The translations under genes and the position numbers were made by a program. Positions 47,871 to 58,120 of a stretch of DNA of 64,000 nt are shown one piece after another. The notes under the pieces were generated by a model. The model was not told the origin of the DNA and searched no databases. It worked only from the letters and a program-made list of their open reading frames with translations. Source of the DNA: Thermoproteota archaeon (GTDB taxonomy: Archaea; Korarchaeota; Korarchaeia; Korarchaeales; Korarchaeaceae); contig JALSOH010000006.1 of the NCBI GenBank assembly GCA_026986575.1, positions 192,001 to 256,000 on the forward strand. Direction: 5' to 3'. Position 1 is the first letter of the stretch. Every line of letters begins with the position of its first letter.

Positions 47871-49145
47871 ATGAGGAAATCTCTCGTCACCGTTCTGCTG
47901 GTCACCTCCCTCTTCCTGCCACTCATCCCAGTCGGCGCCTGCATACCCACCGGTGGCGTGGTGGGTGCCATCTACGAGGGCAAACTGAAGCTGGACCGGG
48001 TCTACCACGCCTTCAAAGACATGGGTCTAAAGGTCGTCATCTCCGAGGAGAAGGTCCAAGGTCTCACGCTCAAGAGGGTGGAGGTGAGGCTCGGGGATCT
48101 AACTGGGAGGGGCAGGAAGGTACTCCACGGCTACGTTTATCAGGGATATAAGAAGTCGCTGGTCCTAGCCGAGGCGGATAAGAGTCTCTCCGACTCTCCC
48201 CTAAAATTGATGAAGCTGCTCCTAGCCTCAGCTGGTCTCGTCGACTTGGATAAGTTTTCCAGTCCCATCGAGAGCCACGATAATAAGATACCTCCCACAG
48301 CTCTCGTGAAGTGGTTGAAGGAGGAAAAGGGTCTTGAGGTAAAGCAGGAAATCCTGAGATGCGCGAGTGAAGGCGCGAAGATCTCCGTGGAAGGCAATGA
48401 GGTGGCGGTACTCTCGAACGAGATAGATAGGAACCTCTCCTTCAACTTGATCTCAAAGGCCCTCGAGGAGGTGGGTTTAAGGGCTGTCTGGCTCGATGCT
48501 ACCGACCCCAAGCAGGTTGCTAGGATCCTGAACTATCCAGCGGTCATAGTTCTCGGAGGCCCCCTCAGCCCTGGCTCCGGTTACGTCAGTAAGATCTACA
48601 TGCCGAAGGACGATGTCAGGAAGCTCCTTCTGAGAATGAAGGAGGGAAGAAAGGGAGGTGTGTTAGTAGAGGACGAGCTCCCGCTGGACAGGCCTTTGCT
48701 CGTGATCGCTGGAGTCGATAGGAACGATACGCGTGAGACCGCTAAGGCCTTCGCCTCCTCCGATCTACCCTCTAGGATAAAGGAGACGGTGCTCTCACTT
48801 CAGTCTGAGGGGAAGAAGGGCTTGTTTGAGCTCAGAGTCAGTAGTTCAGCCTCCTGCGGATCGATGGCCGGGAGAGACATCACGGTGGCGGTGGGCTACA
48901 ACGATCTCCTCATCCTTGTCAAGGAGAGTGCGCCCAATCCCTGCTACAGGCATGTAGTGCAGTGGTACGAGCTGGATCTGGACGACAGGGTGCTCAGAAT
49001 CGTGATCGACTTGGAGAGGAGTTCTAAAGCCTGTATACAGTGTCTGGCCGTCGTGGAGACGAGGATAAGTGCTGGCCCACTACCTGAAGGCGAGTGGACC
49101 GTTATAGCTAATGAGTTCACGAGGAGGGTTGTTCTAGGGTCATGA
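47871..49145 (+). CDS. Secreted multidomain hypothetical protein
   Basis: Signal peptide; central VLGGP...IAG.DR..T motif; C-terminal PNPC...CIQC domain. Confidence 0.65.
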   Translation: MRKSLVTVLLVTSLFLPLIPVGACIPTGGVVGAIYEGKLKLDRVYHAFKDMGLKVVISEEKVQGLTLKRVEVRLGDLTGRGRKVLHGYVYQGYKKSLVLAEADKSLSDSPLKLMKLLLASAGLVDLDKFSSPIESHDNKIPPTALVKWLKEEKGLEVKQEILRCASEGAKISVEGNEVAVLSNEIDRNLSFNLISKALEEVGLRAVWLDATDPKQVARILNYPAVIVLGGPLSPGSGYVSKIYMPKDDVRKLLLRMKEGRKGGVLVEDELPLDRPLLVIAGVDRNDTRETAKAFASSDLPSRIKETVLSLQSEGKKGLFELRVSSSASCGSMAGRDITVAVGYNDLLILVKESAPNPCYRHVVQWYELDLDDRVLRIVIDLERSSKACIQCLAVVETRISAGPLPEGEWTVIANEFTRRVVLGS

Positions 49146-50233
49146 CGAAGTGCGAGCTCTGCGGTAGCGCGAGGGTCAGCCAGTCCCTCTCAGTGTGCCT
49201 CGAGTGCCTCAGGAAGAGGCCGGACTCATTGGAGATCGTGAGGAGAAGGAGGGAGAGGTGGCGAACCTCCATGGACCTCCCGCCACATCCTCCGAGGGGA
49301 GGGGCGATCAAATGCCCGCTATGCGTGAACGGCTGCGAGCTGGATGATGGGGAGAGAGGGTATTGCGGGACCGTAATCAACAGGAACGGGCTAAGACCAC
49401 TGACAGAGAGCTGGAACTTGGCGACGGGCCTCTACTACTTGGATCCACTTCCCACCAACTGCGTCGCCACCCCAGTATGTCCTGCAGCTACTTGCCGCGG
49501 TTATCCGGAATTCACAGATACATGCGGCCCGGAAATCGGAAGATACAATCTAGCAGTCTTTTACGGATCGTGCAACCTCGACTGCTTCTTCTGCCAGAAC
49601 GCTGAACACAAGAGGATGGCTGCCATGGGAAGACCCCTCATGTCACTTAACTCCCTGCTCAGAGGAGCTCTGAGGGATGACGTCACCTGCATATGCGCCT
49701 TCGGAGGGGATCCCAGCCCATGGACGCCCCAACTCTTCTCGCTATACAGGAAGGTCAGGGATATGGCGTCTGGGATCAAGAGAATGTGCTGGGAGACTAA
49801 CGGGCTTCAGGATCAGAGGATGTTCCTGAAGATGGCTGAGGCCTCCCTAGAGAGTGGGGGAATAGTTAAAGTGGACTTCAAGGCTTGGACTCCCTCCGTA
49901 TATGAGGCCCTCACCGGGGTGAGGGGAAGGGACAGGGTGCTGGAGAACCTGAAGACGGCGGCGAGGCTCGCCAAAGAGAGGAAAGATCCGCCCCTGCTGG
50001 TCGTGAGCACGTTGATGGTCCCCTATTACGTGGATCTGGAGGAGATCAGGGGGATAGTCGAGTTCTTAGCCTCTTTGGATGCGAATATTCCATACGTGCT
50101 TCTGGCATTTCACCCAGATCACCTCGCCAGCGATCTACCCCTGACTAGGAGGGAGTTTGCTGAGGAGGCCGTCGAGGTCGCTAAGGAGCAGGGATTGGAG
50201 GTTTACTTGGGCAACGAGTGGCTCCTTTCCTAG
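49142..50233 (+). CDS. Radical SAM protein (PFL-activase-like)
   Basis: CNLDCFFCQN, GGDP, ETNG and Cys-rich N-terminus. Confidence 0.88.
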   Translation: MTKCELCGSARVSQSLSVCLECLRKRPDSLEIVRRRRERWRTSMDLPPHPPRGGAIKCPLCVNGCELDDGERGYCGTVINRNGLRPLTESWNLATGLYYLDPLPTNCVATPVCPAATCRGYPEFTDTCGPEIGRYNLAVFYGSCNLDCFFCQNAEHKRMAAMGRPLMSLNSLLRGALRDDVTCICAFGGDPSPWTPQLFSLYRKVRDMASGIKRMCWETNGLQDQRMFLKMAEASLESGGIVKVDFKAWTPSVYEALTGVRGRDRVLENLKTAARLAKERKDPPLLVVSTLMVPYYVDLEEIRGIVEFLASLDANIPYVLLAFHPDHLASDLPLTRREFAEEAVEVAKEQGLEVYLGNEWLLS

Positions 50234-50278
50234 CCCAATAAGAATATATTGGGATAATCGCCTCCACTACCGATAACA

Positions 50279-50956
50279 ATGAACAAACTTCTAGTATCTG
50301 TAGTGGTGATCTTGGCGGTCCTCTTCGTCGTGGGTCTCTATCTCCTAGCTGAAATGGCGGGAGGGACTTCTTTTGAGGAAAGATACGCCTCCATCAACAA
50401 GCTCACCTTCTCTGTGGGTAAGGGGAGCGTCCTGAAACAGGAACTCAGGATAGTAATGAGCTATGGGAACAAGAGCGTAGAGACCCAGAGGGCAGATAGG
50501 ACCGTCAGGGTGGATGACTTCTCTTGGCCAGCTTATCACCTGTGTCCTATGAACGAGACGGGCCCGACAGCGCAATGCTATGACGTGCCATTCAGCTTGG
50601 TGGCCATGCCCAAGGAGCTAATGGGCGTCGATACAATAGGCCTACCCTTCAACTTGGGGAAGGGGAATCAGATCGTCTTGAAGTACAACGGGATAACCAA
50701 TGTGGACACGCCTTGGGGGTCTCACCCAGTGGTCAACTACACAAACTTCACCGCTAGCTACCCTCAGCCCGATGTTAACATGACCACCAAGTTCTACTTC
50801 GATACGACCGAGGGTTACTTAGTGAGGATCGAGGTGTCCATAACGGACGGGAACCTCACCTCAACCGCGATCTTCCAGCTGACCGAGGTACCTCAGCTCA
50901 ACGGTCCTCTCGAGATCAGCAAGCCCGAGACTTGGGAGTGGGAGGGGAAGGACTGA
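50279..50956 (+). CDS. Membrane-anchored surface hypothetical protein
   Basis: N-terminal TM helix and several N-x-S/T sequons. Confidence 0.7.
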   Translation: MNKLLVSVVVILAVLFVVGLYLLAEMAGGTSFEERYASINKLTFSVGKGSVLKQELRIVMSYGNKSVETQRADRTVRVDDFSWPAYHLCPMNETGPTAQCYDVPFSLVAMPKELMGVDTIGLPFNLGKGNQIVLKYNGITNVDTPWGSHPVVNYTNFTASYPQPDVNMTTKFYFDTTEGYLVRIEVSITDGNLTSTAIFQLTEVPQLNGPLEISKPETWEWEGKD

Positions 50957-51053
50957 AGATCAATTTGACCCGTTTCTTCCTCAATTCATAATCAGAATTA
51001 CCCTTACAATGCGATAAACATTTAATTAAAGGCAGAGAGCCTCCGCGTGAGGA

Positions 51054-51638
51054 GTGAACATGATACCAGAGGCCATAGATCTCCTGTGCATCCCCGTGCT
51101 TATGAACGAGGTGCCCCTCAGGCCTCTGAGTGATGAGGAGGCGGTTCGAATAGCCGAGAAGGTACTTAAAGTCCTCCCAACGCTCAAGGATATGAGGGTG
51201 GCGGTGATACCCTCCCTTTACTACGTCAGCGATCTGTTCAGTAGGTCTCTGTTTGACGAGATACCCGTGAACTCGGTCGCCCTAGCGGGACTCTTGGAGA
51301 GGAGGGGAAGGACGAGCAAAATATACGTATTAAATCCCTTCACCTCTAACGGACTTCTCCCGGTTCCCAGCGGGGTTGAAAACGGTAACGGCGGGCTTAC
51401 ATGGGCCACGATTCCTGTCGTTGCCTTCGGTGAGGGTTACGTCGACTTGGATGAGTACTTCCTCGAGAAAGACGATATGGATGGGATGATGAGGGAGCTG
51501 GAAGAGGCACTGGCCGAAGTGTACTCGCTATCCTACGTCAAGGCATTCCCCCCAGTCCTCGTCGAGGAGCTCTTAGAGGAGATAAGCCTGATAGAGGAGG
51601 AGCTGGATCAGGATCTCAAGGGGCTTTCGGCAGGCTAG
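51054..51638 (+). CDS. Hypothetical acidic protein
   Basis: Intact ORF with host-like codon usage, preceded by a TTTAAT box and GAGG RBS; no motif recognised. Confidence 0.65.
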   Translation: MNMIPEAIDLLCIPVLMNEVPLRPLSDEEAVRIAEKVLKVLPTLKDMRVAVIPSLYYVSDLFSRSLFDEIPVNSVALAGLLERRGRTSKIYVLNPFTSNGLLPVPSGVENGNGGLTWATIPVVAFGEGYVDLDEYFLEKDDMDGMMRELEEALAEVYSLSYVKAFPPVLVEELLEEISLIEEELDQDLKGLSAG

Positions 51639-53011
51639 TCCCCCACACCCATGGAAAGGAGGGATCTCTCGGCCTCCACCTTCTCCTCCTCGTAGGATGC
51701 GAGTCTCTCGATATCGTCCCTCAGCAATCTTCTCCTTGACTCTATCTCCTTAGTGAGCAGCTCGGGGTTAGGGGCTCCTCTTCCTCTCTCCCTTAAGACG
51801 TCTTCCACATCTGGGACATCTACCCCCAGCTTATCAGCGGCCTTAAGCAGGTCCCACCCCACCTCCCTAAGGGTCGAGGCCAGCAGCGAGTGGGCCTCCC
51901 TGTAAGTGATCTCTCTTTCCCTAGCGAGCCTTTCGGCGATGTCCTGAGCAAGTGTATCAGGCACGACGATTTCCTTGAACTTTATACCCTTCATCAGGTC
52001 CGCTAATACCCTAGCCGAGGATGTTGCTTCCTCAACCGGTATCAACATATGGAGATTTGCCTCTTGGAGGTCCAGATTGTACCCGCTGGGAATCCCTTTA
52101 GTCACTGTGAGCAGGGAGATTAAGGACCCGATCACTGTTCCGGCCTTCGCCCTTATGAGCTCTAGGGTAACCGCGTTCCTCTTCTGGGGCATGATGCTGC
52201 TGGTCGAGATGTGCTCTTGCGGCAGCTCAACTAGAGAGAACTGGGGTGTCGACCAGATTACCAAGTCCTCCGCGACTCTGCTAAGGACGACCATCAGGCT
52301 CGCCACGGTGCCCACCGAGAGAGACGCAAACGTCCTGCTTCCAGTAGCTAGCAGGGTGTTGCTCTCCACTCCCGAGAATCCCAAAAGTTCCGCAAGCCTA
52401 CCTCTATTAAGTGGGACCGAACTTCCAGCCACTGGGCCGGAGCCCAGCGGACAGAGATCTACCACTTCCCTTAACACGTGCCATATTGTCCTGTAGTGGT
52501 GGAAGACCTCGCCCTCCACGTACAACAGGTAATGTGAGGCTAAGGACGGCTGGGCTGGTTGGAGGTGCGTGAAGAGGGGTATTTTGACGTTGAGGTGTCT
52601 CTCTGCTGAGTCGAGTAGGGATCCCCTCAGCCTGTTGAGCTCCCAGAGCAGACCGATAAGCTTCCACCTGAGAACCAGCCTGAGGGCAGTGGCGACCTGA
52701 TCGTTCCTGCTCTTACCATAGGCCAACCAGCCAGCATTCTTCCCAGCCTTCTCGAGAAGCCAAGCCTCCAAGGCCTCGTGCACATCCTCATACTCCCCCG
52801 AGAGTATCTCCCCCTCCCTCTTAAGGGCCTCCCTCAACCACGTCAGGACGTGATAGGCGTTCTTCGGTACGATCTCCCTTTCCAACAGGTGGAAAAAGTG
52901 AGCGTAGGCAGTGAGCACCACTGCCCTGAATAAGGCCTTATCCGAATCTAGGGATGAAGTGAACTCGGCGAGCCAGTCCGGCTGATCACCCAATCCCGAC
53001 CTTCGATACAC
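51635..53011 (-). CDS. argH: Argininosuccinate lyase
   Basis: EDVHE, SRNDQV, THLQPAQP, SSIMPQKRN and YNLDLQE. Confidence 0.96.
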   Translation of the reverse strand: MYRRSGLGDQPDWLAEFTSSLDSDKALFRAVVLTAYAHFFHLLEREIVPKNAYHVLTWLREALKREGEILSGEYEDVHEALEAWLLEKAGKNAGWLAYGKSRNDQVATALRLVLRWKLIGLLWELNRLRGSLLDSAERHLNVKIPLFTHLQPAQPSLASHYLLYVEGEVFHHYRTIWHVLREVVDLCPLGSGPVAGSSVPLNRGRLAELLGFSGVESNTLLATGSRTFASLSVGTVASLMVVLSRVAEDLVIWSTPQFSLVELPQEHISTSSIMPQKRNAVTLELIRAKAGTVIGSLISLLTVTKGIPSGYNLDLQEANLHMLIPVEEATSSARVLADLMKGIKFKEIVVPDTLAQDIAERLAREREITYREAHSLLASTLREVGWDLLKAADKLGVDVPDVEDVLRERGRGAPNPELLTKEIESRRRLLRDDIERLASYEEEKVEAERSLLSMGVGD

Positions 53012-54203
53012 CCCTCCTCGCCGCCCTCGCCATGAGTGTGTGAAGTCCCCAGGCCTGTATGAAGCCCCTAGCCTCCTCGTCGGTGGGATACCATCCCTCG
53101 TCGTATCCCGCGACCTCCAGGCTGTAGGCAGCGTACTGGGACTTCCTACCCACCACGACCGCGCTTCCCTTATAGAGCTTCAACCTGACCTCCCCTGTGA
53201 CGAACTCGTTCATCCTCCAGATCATCTCTTGGAGGCTTTCCCTCAAGGGGTCGCCCCACAGCCCCTCGTAAACCAGGTTGGTCCATTCCCTATCGGCCAG
53301 CTCCTTGAACTGCAGCTCCCTCCTCGTCAGCACCAGCTTCTCCAAGTCCTTGTGGGCCTTCAGGATGACCACAGCAGCCGGGGCCTCATAGACCTCCCTG
53401 CTCTTGAACCCTATGATCCTACTCTCCATGTGATCTATCCTCCCTATCCCATGCTTTCCGGCTAGGGAGTTCATCTCTACTATAAGTTCGCTCAGACTCA
53501 TCTCCTCCCCGTTGAGGGAACTGGGGAGTCCCTCCTCGAACCCCAGTGTCACGTACTCGGGGGAGTCGGGAGCCTTCTCCAGTGAGACCGTCCACTCGAA
53601 AGCGTCTTCGGGGGGCTCGTTCCAGGGATTCTCAACCGGACCGCCCTCTATGCTCCTGCCCCAGAGGTTCTGATCTATCGAGTACTTGCTGTGGCTTTCC
53701 GGTATCCTTAACCCCCTAGACCTGGCATACTCCATCTCCTGCTGTCTCGTCCAGCGCCATATCCTAGTGGGTGCCACGACCTTAAGATCTGGGTTGAGGG
53801 CCCTTACAGTTATGTCGAACCTCACCTGATCGTTGCCCTTGGAAGTGCAGCCGTGCGCGACCGCATCGGCACCTTCCTTCTCGGCTATCTCGACCAGCTT
53901 GGTAGATATCAGTGGCCTGGAGAGAGCACTGGAGAGGGGATACTCGCCCTCGTACTTGGCGTTGGCCCTTATGGCCGGGGCCACGTAGTCACTGACGAAC
54001 TCATCCACCAAGTTCAAGCCATAGTGCTTGACGGCGCCGGCCTCGTACGCTCTCCTCTCCACATCCTTCAGATCGGTTCCCTGCCCGATCTCAGCTGTAA
54101 ACGTGACTACTTTAATCCCTTGCTCGGTGAACCACTTTATGGCGACAGTGGTATCTAATCCGCCTGAGTAGGCCAAAACTACCTTGGAGATGCTCTCATT
54201 CAA
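52986..54203 (-). CDS. argG: Argininosuccinate synthase
   Basis: LAYSGGLDT, HGCTSKGNDQVRF and KSREVYEAP. Confidence 0.97.
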   Translation of the reverse strand: MNESISKVVLAYSGGLDTTVAIKWFTEQGIKVVTFTAEIGQGTDLKDVERRAYEAGAVKHYGLNLVDEFVSDYVAPAIRANAKYEGEYPLSSALSRPLISTKLVEIAEKEGADAVAHGCTSKGNDQVRFDITVRALNPDLKVVAPTRIWRWTRQQEMEYARSRGLRIPESHSKYSIDQNLWGRSIEGGPVENPWNEPPEDAFEWTVSLEKAPDSPEYVTLGFEEGLPSSLNGEEMSLSELIVEMNSLAGKHGIGRIDHMESRIIGFKSREVYEAPAAVVILKAHKDLEKLVLTRRELQFKELADREWTNLVYEGLWGDPLRESLQEMIWRMNEFVTGEVRLKLYKGSAVVVGRKSQYAAYSLEVAGYDEGWYPTDEEARGFIQAWGLHTLMARAARRGVSKVGIG

Positions 54204-54306
54204 AGGAGGAATCTCCGGTAACGCACACTACTCACCTTGAGGGCTCGGTTCTCAGTCTGATTATAAAGTTACCTGTCTTCAAGCTGTCCACCACTAGTCC
54301 TCGGTA

Positions 54307-54352
54307 GAACTCCCCAAGGTTTCGCACTTCTCCTTCTTAAATTGGGGAGTTC
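54307..54352. repeat. Perfect 11-bp inverted repeat with a 24-nt spacer
   Basis: GAACTCCCCAA (54307-54317) and TTGGGGAGTTC (54342-54352). Confidence 0.8.
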
Positions 54353-54475
54353 CTTCTTGATGAACGCTCGTCAGGCCAACTTCACGACGATCCGATCGGT
54401 AACGTTTCGACCGTTTCCAGCCGTCCCAAACATGGCCCTAATTAGTCTGGCCTGCTAGATAGAAGGGGGATCTGC

Positions 54476-55246
54476 TTGAACTTCGGGGTCTTGTTATCAC
54501 TCGCTGTGATCGTGACACTCATTTTCTCGATAACAGCCTTTCTCTACGTCCAAGGACAGCCTAAGGAGGAGATCAGACGTATGGAACCCGTTATGGACGT
54601 CAAGAATCTTAAAGACATGAGAATAGAGCTGGAAAGAGTGAGAAAGGTCATGTGGATAGGTCCTCATGCCGATGATGAGGTTTACGTGGCTGGTCTCTTG
54701 CATTACGCCAGCTTGAAGGGAAAAGACTGCATTATAGTGGCCTACAGGGCGGGTGGCGAGAGGAGGAAACTGAATCTGATGTCAGCAGAACTTCTGGGGT
54801 GTAATTACACTTACTTGTCCAGTTATCCTGGAAGGAGCGTAAAGGAAAAGATAAGATCGCTCCTTACATCCGAATCTCCAGATCTGATACTGACATTTCA
54901 TCCTGAGACGGGCTTTAGGATGAGCGAAGCTCACGCCAAAGTGGGTGAGCTTGTTACGGGGGTGATTTCAAGCGGGAATTACAGCATTAAGCTGTTTTAC
55001 ATCCTCAACAAGGATCCAACCTTGGAGAAGCTGTTGGGTGGAGCTGATCGCTCGAAACAGACCCATTACCTCGACCTAAATCTGATCGTGGGCAATGAGA
55101 GCTTGTTTGAGGTTAAGATAGCGGACATATGCGTCTACTCGAAGGCAATTCCAGCGGCTAAGGCGATCTGCGAGGACGCAGGAGGAATGCAAGACAGGAT
55201 GTTAAGATACGAGTTTTACGAGGAGTACACTCCTAGCGATTCATGA
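54476..55246 (+). CDS. PIG-L/LmbE-family deacetylase-like protein with an N-terminal membrane anchor
   Basis: GPHADDE motif, PDLILTFHP...H and a hydrophobic N-terminus. Confidence 0.75.
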   Translation: MNFGVLLSLAVIVTLIFSITAFLYVQGQPKEEIRRMEPVMDVKNLKDMRIELERVRKVMWIGPHADDEVYVAGLLHYASLKGKDCIIVAYRAGGERRKLNLMSAELLGCNYTYLSSYPGRSVKEKIRSLLTSESPDLILTFHPETGFRMSEAHAKVGELVTGVISSGNYSIKLFYILNKDPTLEKLLGGADRSKQTHYLDLNLIVGNESLFEVKIADICVYSKAIPAAKAICEDAGGMQDRMLRYEFYEEYTPSDS

Positions 55247-55375
55247 ATGACCTCGGATGAAGAGACTACACTAGGAGGTAATCGTACCGTGTTCTCACCA
55301 AACTCCTCATAGGTGGACGATCTCGATTCTGCAGGAACTCACAAACCGGATGTGACGCGCGAAGCGTGATAGCGC

Positions 55376-55404
55376 CGTTGACCGATAATCAATATCGGAT
55401 AACG
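55376..55404 (+). promoter_or_regulatory. Palindromic operator-like site upstream of tupA
   Basis: CGTT-ga-CCGATA-atcaa-TATCGG-at-AACG immediately before AATATAA. Confidence 0.55.
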
Positions 55405-55430
55405 AATATAAGTAACTGAGTCGGCCCAAT

Positions 55431-56327
55431 GTGGTGCTTCCCGTGAACGCCAAGATCATAGCCGCAATAGCTATCGTGTTGGTCTTTGTCGTCGCTTCTC
55501 TCCTCATGTTGGAGAGTGGGCCTGTCAGGGTCAGGATAACTACTACAACCAGCCTCTACGCCACAGGACTCCTCGACTACCTTGGAGACCAGTTCAAGAA
55601 GGATCATCCCAATGTCGAACTCGACTTCATAGCAGTGGGAAGCGGTGAGGCCCTGAGGAGGGCGAAGCAGGGTGATGCCTGCATGGTCCTCGTGCACGCT
55701 CCCAGCTTGGAGAAACGTTACATGGAGGAAGGGGCCATAACTGAGGGGCACATCTTCGCTTACAATTACTTCATCATAGCTGGCCCTCCCTTGGATCCAG
55801 CCAAGGTGAAGGAGGCCAAGTCGCCGGTGGATGCTTTCAAGAGGATATATGAGGCCGGAGAGAGGGGAGAAGCCAGCTTCGCCAGTAGGGGGGATAACTC
55901 CGGCACCCATGTCAGGGAGCTGAGCGTGTGGAGAACTGCTAGATTGGATCCCAAGGGAAGGCCTTGGTACATGGAGACCGGGAGCGGAATGGGCGCGACC
56001 CTGCTGGTAGCGAACGAGAAAGGAGCATATGTGCTCTCGGACATAGGCACGTTCCTCAAGTACAGCAAGGACGGCAAAGTTCCCGACTTAGCCATCCTTT
56101 TCGAGGGTGGTGATGATCTCCTCAACATATACAGCGTTTACCTCGTTCCCTCCTGCACGGGGAAGGAGGCCAGCTACGCTAAAGCCTTTGCTGATTTCGT
56201 CGTGGGAGGCGCTCAAGATATGATCGCCCACTACGGTGTCTCCGAGTACGGACAGCCCCTCTTCTATCCCGCAAGGGATAAGTTGAATTGGCTTAGGGAG
56301 AGGTGGCAGGCGCTGGCTGGAGGGTGA
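55431..56327 (+). CDS. tupA: Tungstate ABC transporter substrate-binding protein
   Basis: TTTS...GLL, VHAP, SRGDNSGTH.RE and GMG.TL. Confidence 0.93.
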   Translation: MVLPVNAKIIAAIAIVLVFVVASLLMLESGPVRVRITTTTSLYATGLLDYLGDQFKKDHPNVELDFIAVGSGEALRRAKQGDACMVLVHAPSLEKRYMEEGAITEGHIFAYNYFIIAGPPLDPAKVKEAKSPVDAFKRIYEAGERGEASFASRGDNSGTHVRELSVWRTARLDPKGRPWYMETGSGMGATLLVANEKGAYVLSDIGTFLKYSKDGKVPDLAILFEGGDDLLNIYSVYLVPSCTGKEASYAKAFADFVVGGAQDMIAHYGVSEYGQPLFYPARDKLNWLRERWQALAGG

Positions 56328-56331
56328 TCCG

Positions 56332-56967
56332 GTGGGGGAGGTCCTAGAGATCGTACTCAGGAGCTTGGTGGTGTCAGGAACGGCGACGCTACTGGCCTCC
56401 ATTTGGAGTATTGCCCTAGCTTACCTGCTCGTGCGATCTCCTAGGGCCTCCCGACCCCTCATTCCCCTATTAGAGGGCATGGTGGGCATACCCACCGTCT
56501 TGATAGGGCTCCTCCTCTACCTGCTTCTCAGCAGGCAGGGTCCTCTTGGTATGCTGAGGTTACTCTATTCCCCCCAAGCCATAGTAATCGGACAGGCCAT
56601 CTTGATAACCCCCCTAATAACTTCTGTTGCCTACAGGGTCCTCTCCCACTCTTGGAACATTTATGGGGAGCTGACTCTCTCCTTGGGCGCTGCCGAGGGT
56701 CAGGCGGCCAAGATAGTGATATCCGAGTCCCTCCCAGGAGTAGCTGCTGCCGTGGTGATGGGCTTCTCTAGGGCTCTTGGGGAGTTAGGCGTCGCTCTGA
56801 TGGTGGGAGGTAACATAAAGGGCTACACGAGGGTCATGACCACTGCCATAGCGCTTGAGGTGTCAAAGGGGGAGTTCGAGCTAGCCATGTCTCTGGGCAT
56901 CATCCTGCTGCTTATGCTGGCCATGATCTCCCTCACCCTCAGGTTCTTGGGGAGGCTCAGGGAATGA
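56332..56967 (+). CDS. tupB: Tungstate ABC transporter permease
   Basis: PTVLIGL..Y.LLSR.GPLG and GGNI.GYTRVMTTAI. Confidence 0.92.
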   Translation: MGEVLEIVLRSLVVSGTATLLASIWSIALAYLLVRSPRASRPLIPLLEGMVGIPTVLIGLLLYLLLSRQGPLGMLRLLYSPQAIVIGQAILITPLITSVAYRVLSHSWNIYGELTLSLGAAEGQAAKIVISESLPGVAAAVVMGFSRALGELGVALMVGGNIKGYTRVMTTAIALEVSKGEFELAMSLGIILLLMLAMISLTLRFLGRLRE

Positions 56968-57665
56968 ACGGAATAGAATTGAGAGAAGTCTGGTTCAGGT
57001 ATCCAGGATCTAGGGAGTGGACCCTGAGAGGGGTGAGCTTGGAGATCAGGCGGGGTGAGGTGCTCGCCCTAGTGGGCCCAAATGGCTCCGGGAAGACCAC
57101 CATCCTGAAGTTAGCTGGAGGCCTCTACAGACCCTCTAGGGGAAAGGTCAAGTTCTGGAGATCGAACATATGGGAGGTAAATGGATCTAGGAGGCTTGAG
57201 CTCAGGAGAATGGTGGTTTACGTCCACGAGAGGCCTATCCTCCTGAGAGGAACGGCCTTGGATAATATAGCCTTCGCCCCTCTACTGAGAGGCATGCCTA
57301 GGGAGGAGGCGGTTAGGAGGGCGGAAGAACTGCTCAGTGATACGGAATCGGCCTACTTATCGAGGAAGGATAGGAGAGAGATGTCGGCAGGGGAGGCACA
57401 GGTAGTGTCGATTCTCAGGGCAGTGGCTGCTAGCCCTAGGATACTCCTGCTGGATGAACCTACTGCCCATCTGGATAGGGAGAAGAGGGGGGTCATGACG
57501 GGCCTCATAGGGAAGTTGAGGTCAGAGGGGATGGGGATAGCTATTGCCACTCATGATCACTTGCTGGCTCTGAGGACGGCGGACAGGGTTGCAGTCGTTG
57601 AGAATGGGGTGATTGGGTCCATAGGTAGACCCTCAGAGGTCTTAGACTTTTTTAAGATATATTAA
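56964..57665 (+). CDS. tupC: Tungstate ABC transporter ATPase
   Basis: GPNGSGKTT, MSAGE, LLLDEPT and ATHD. Confidence 0.88.
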   Translation: MNGIELREVWFRYPGSREWTLRGVSLEIRRGEVLALVGPNGSGKTTILKLAGGLYRPSRGKVKFWRSNIWEVNGSRRLELRRMVVYVHERPILLRGTALDNIAFAPLLRGMPREEAVRRAEELLSDTESAYLSRKDRREMSAGEAQVVSILRAVAASPRILLLDEPTAHLDREKRGVMTGLIGKLRSEGMGIAIATHDHLLALRTADRVAVVENGVIGSIGRPSEVLDFFKIY

Positions 57666-57802
57666 GCAAGATGGCTCATAATATTTGAGAAACCATTGGA
57701 CCCCACTTCTCAGTAAACCCTCCTCAGATCAAGGTTTGAACGATTTTCGCGGACAGAAATCAATAAATAGTAAATAATTACACAATATTAAGGTTGCTAG
57801 AT

Positions 57803-58120
57803 ATGGGGACCCTAACCGTCGTGATACCTGATGACCTGCTCCGGAGACTAAGGGAGCATCTCAAGGAGAGGGGAGCTGGAAGAGGAGCGCTATCAAAGTT
57901 CGTCTCATCGGCTATAGAGAGGGCCCTGTTAGAATCTGAGTTTAGACGGGTGTTTATAGCTGAAGTGGGGGGAAGAGAGGTAGCTAGGGCACCTTCCCTC
58001 AAGGAGCTCGCTGAGGTCCTGAAATCCAAGGGTATTGATCCCAGCACCGTCACGGTAAGGGCCTTGCCTCCTCCCAAGCCCTTAGCTCGGGCAGGTGCTA
58101 GGGTAATTGAGCGTGGTTGA
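57803..58120 (+). CDS. RHH DNA-binding protein with a DUF5678-like C-terminal domain
   Basis: TLTVVIPDDL...LSKFV..AIE followed by FIAEVGGREVA.A.SL.EL. Confidence 0.6.
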   Translation: MGTLTVVIPDDLLRRLREHLKERGAGRGALSKFVSSAIERALLESEFRRVFIAEVGGREVARAPSLKELAEVLKSKGIDPSTVTVRALPPPKPLARAGARVIERG

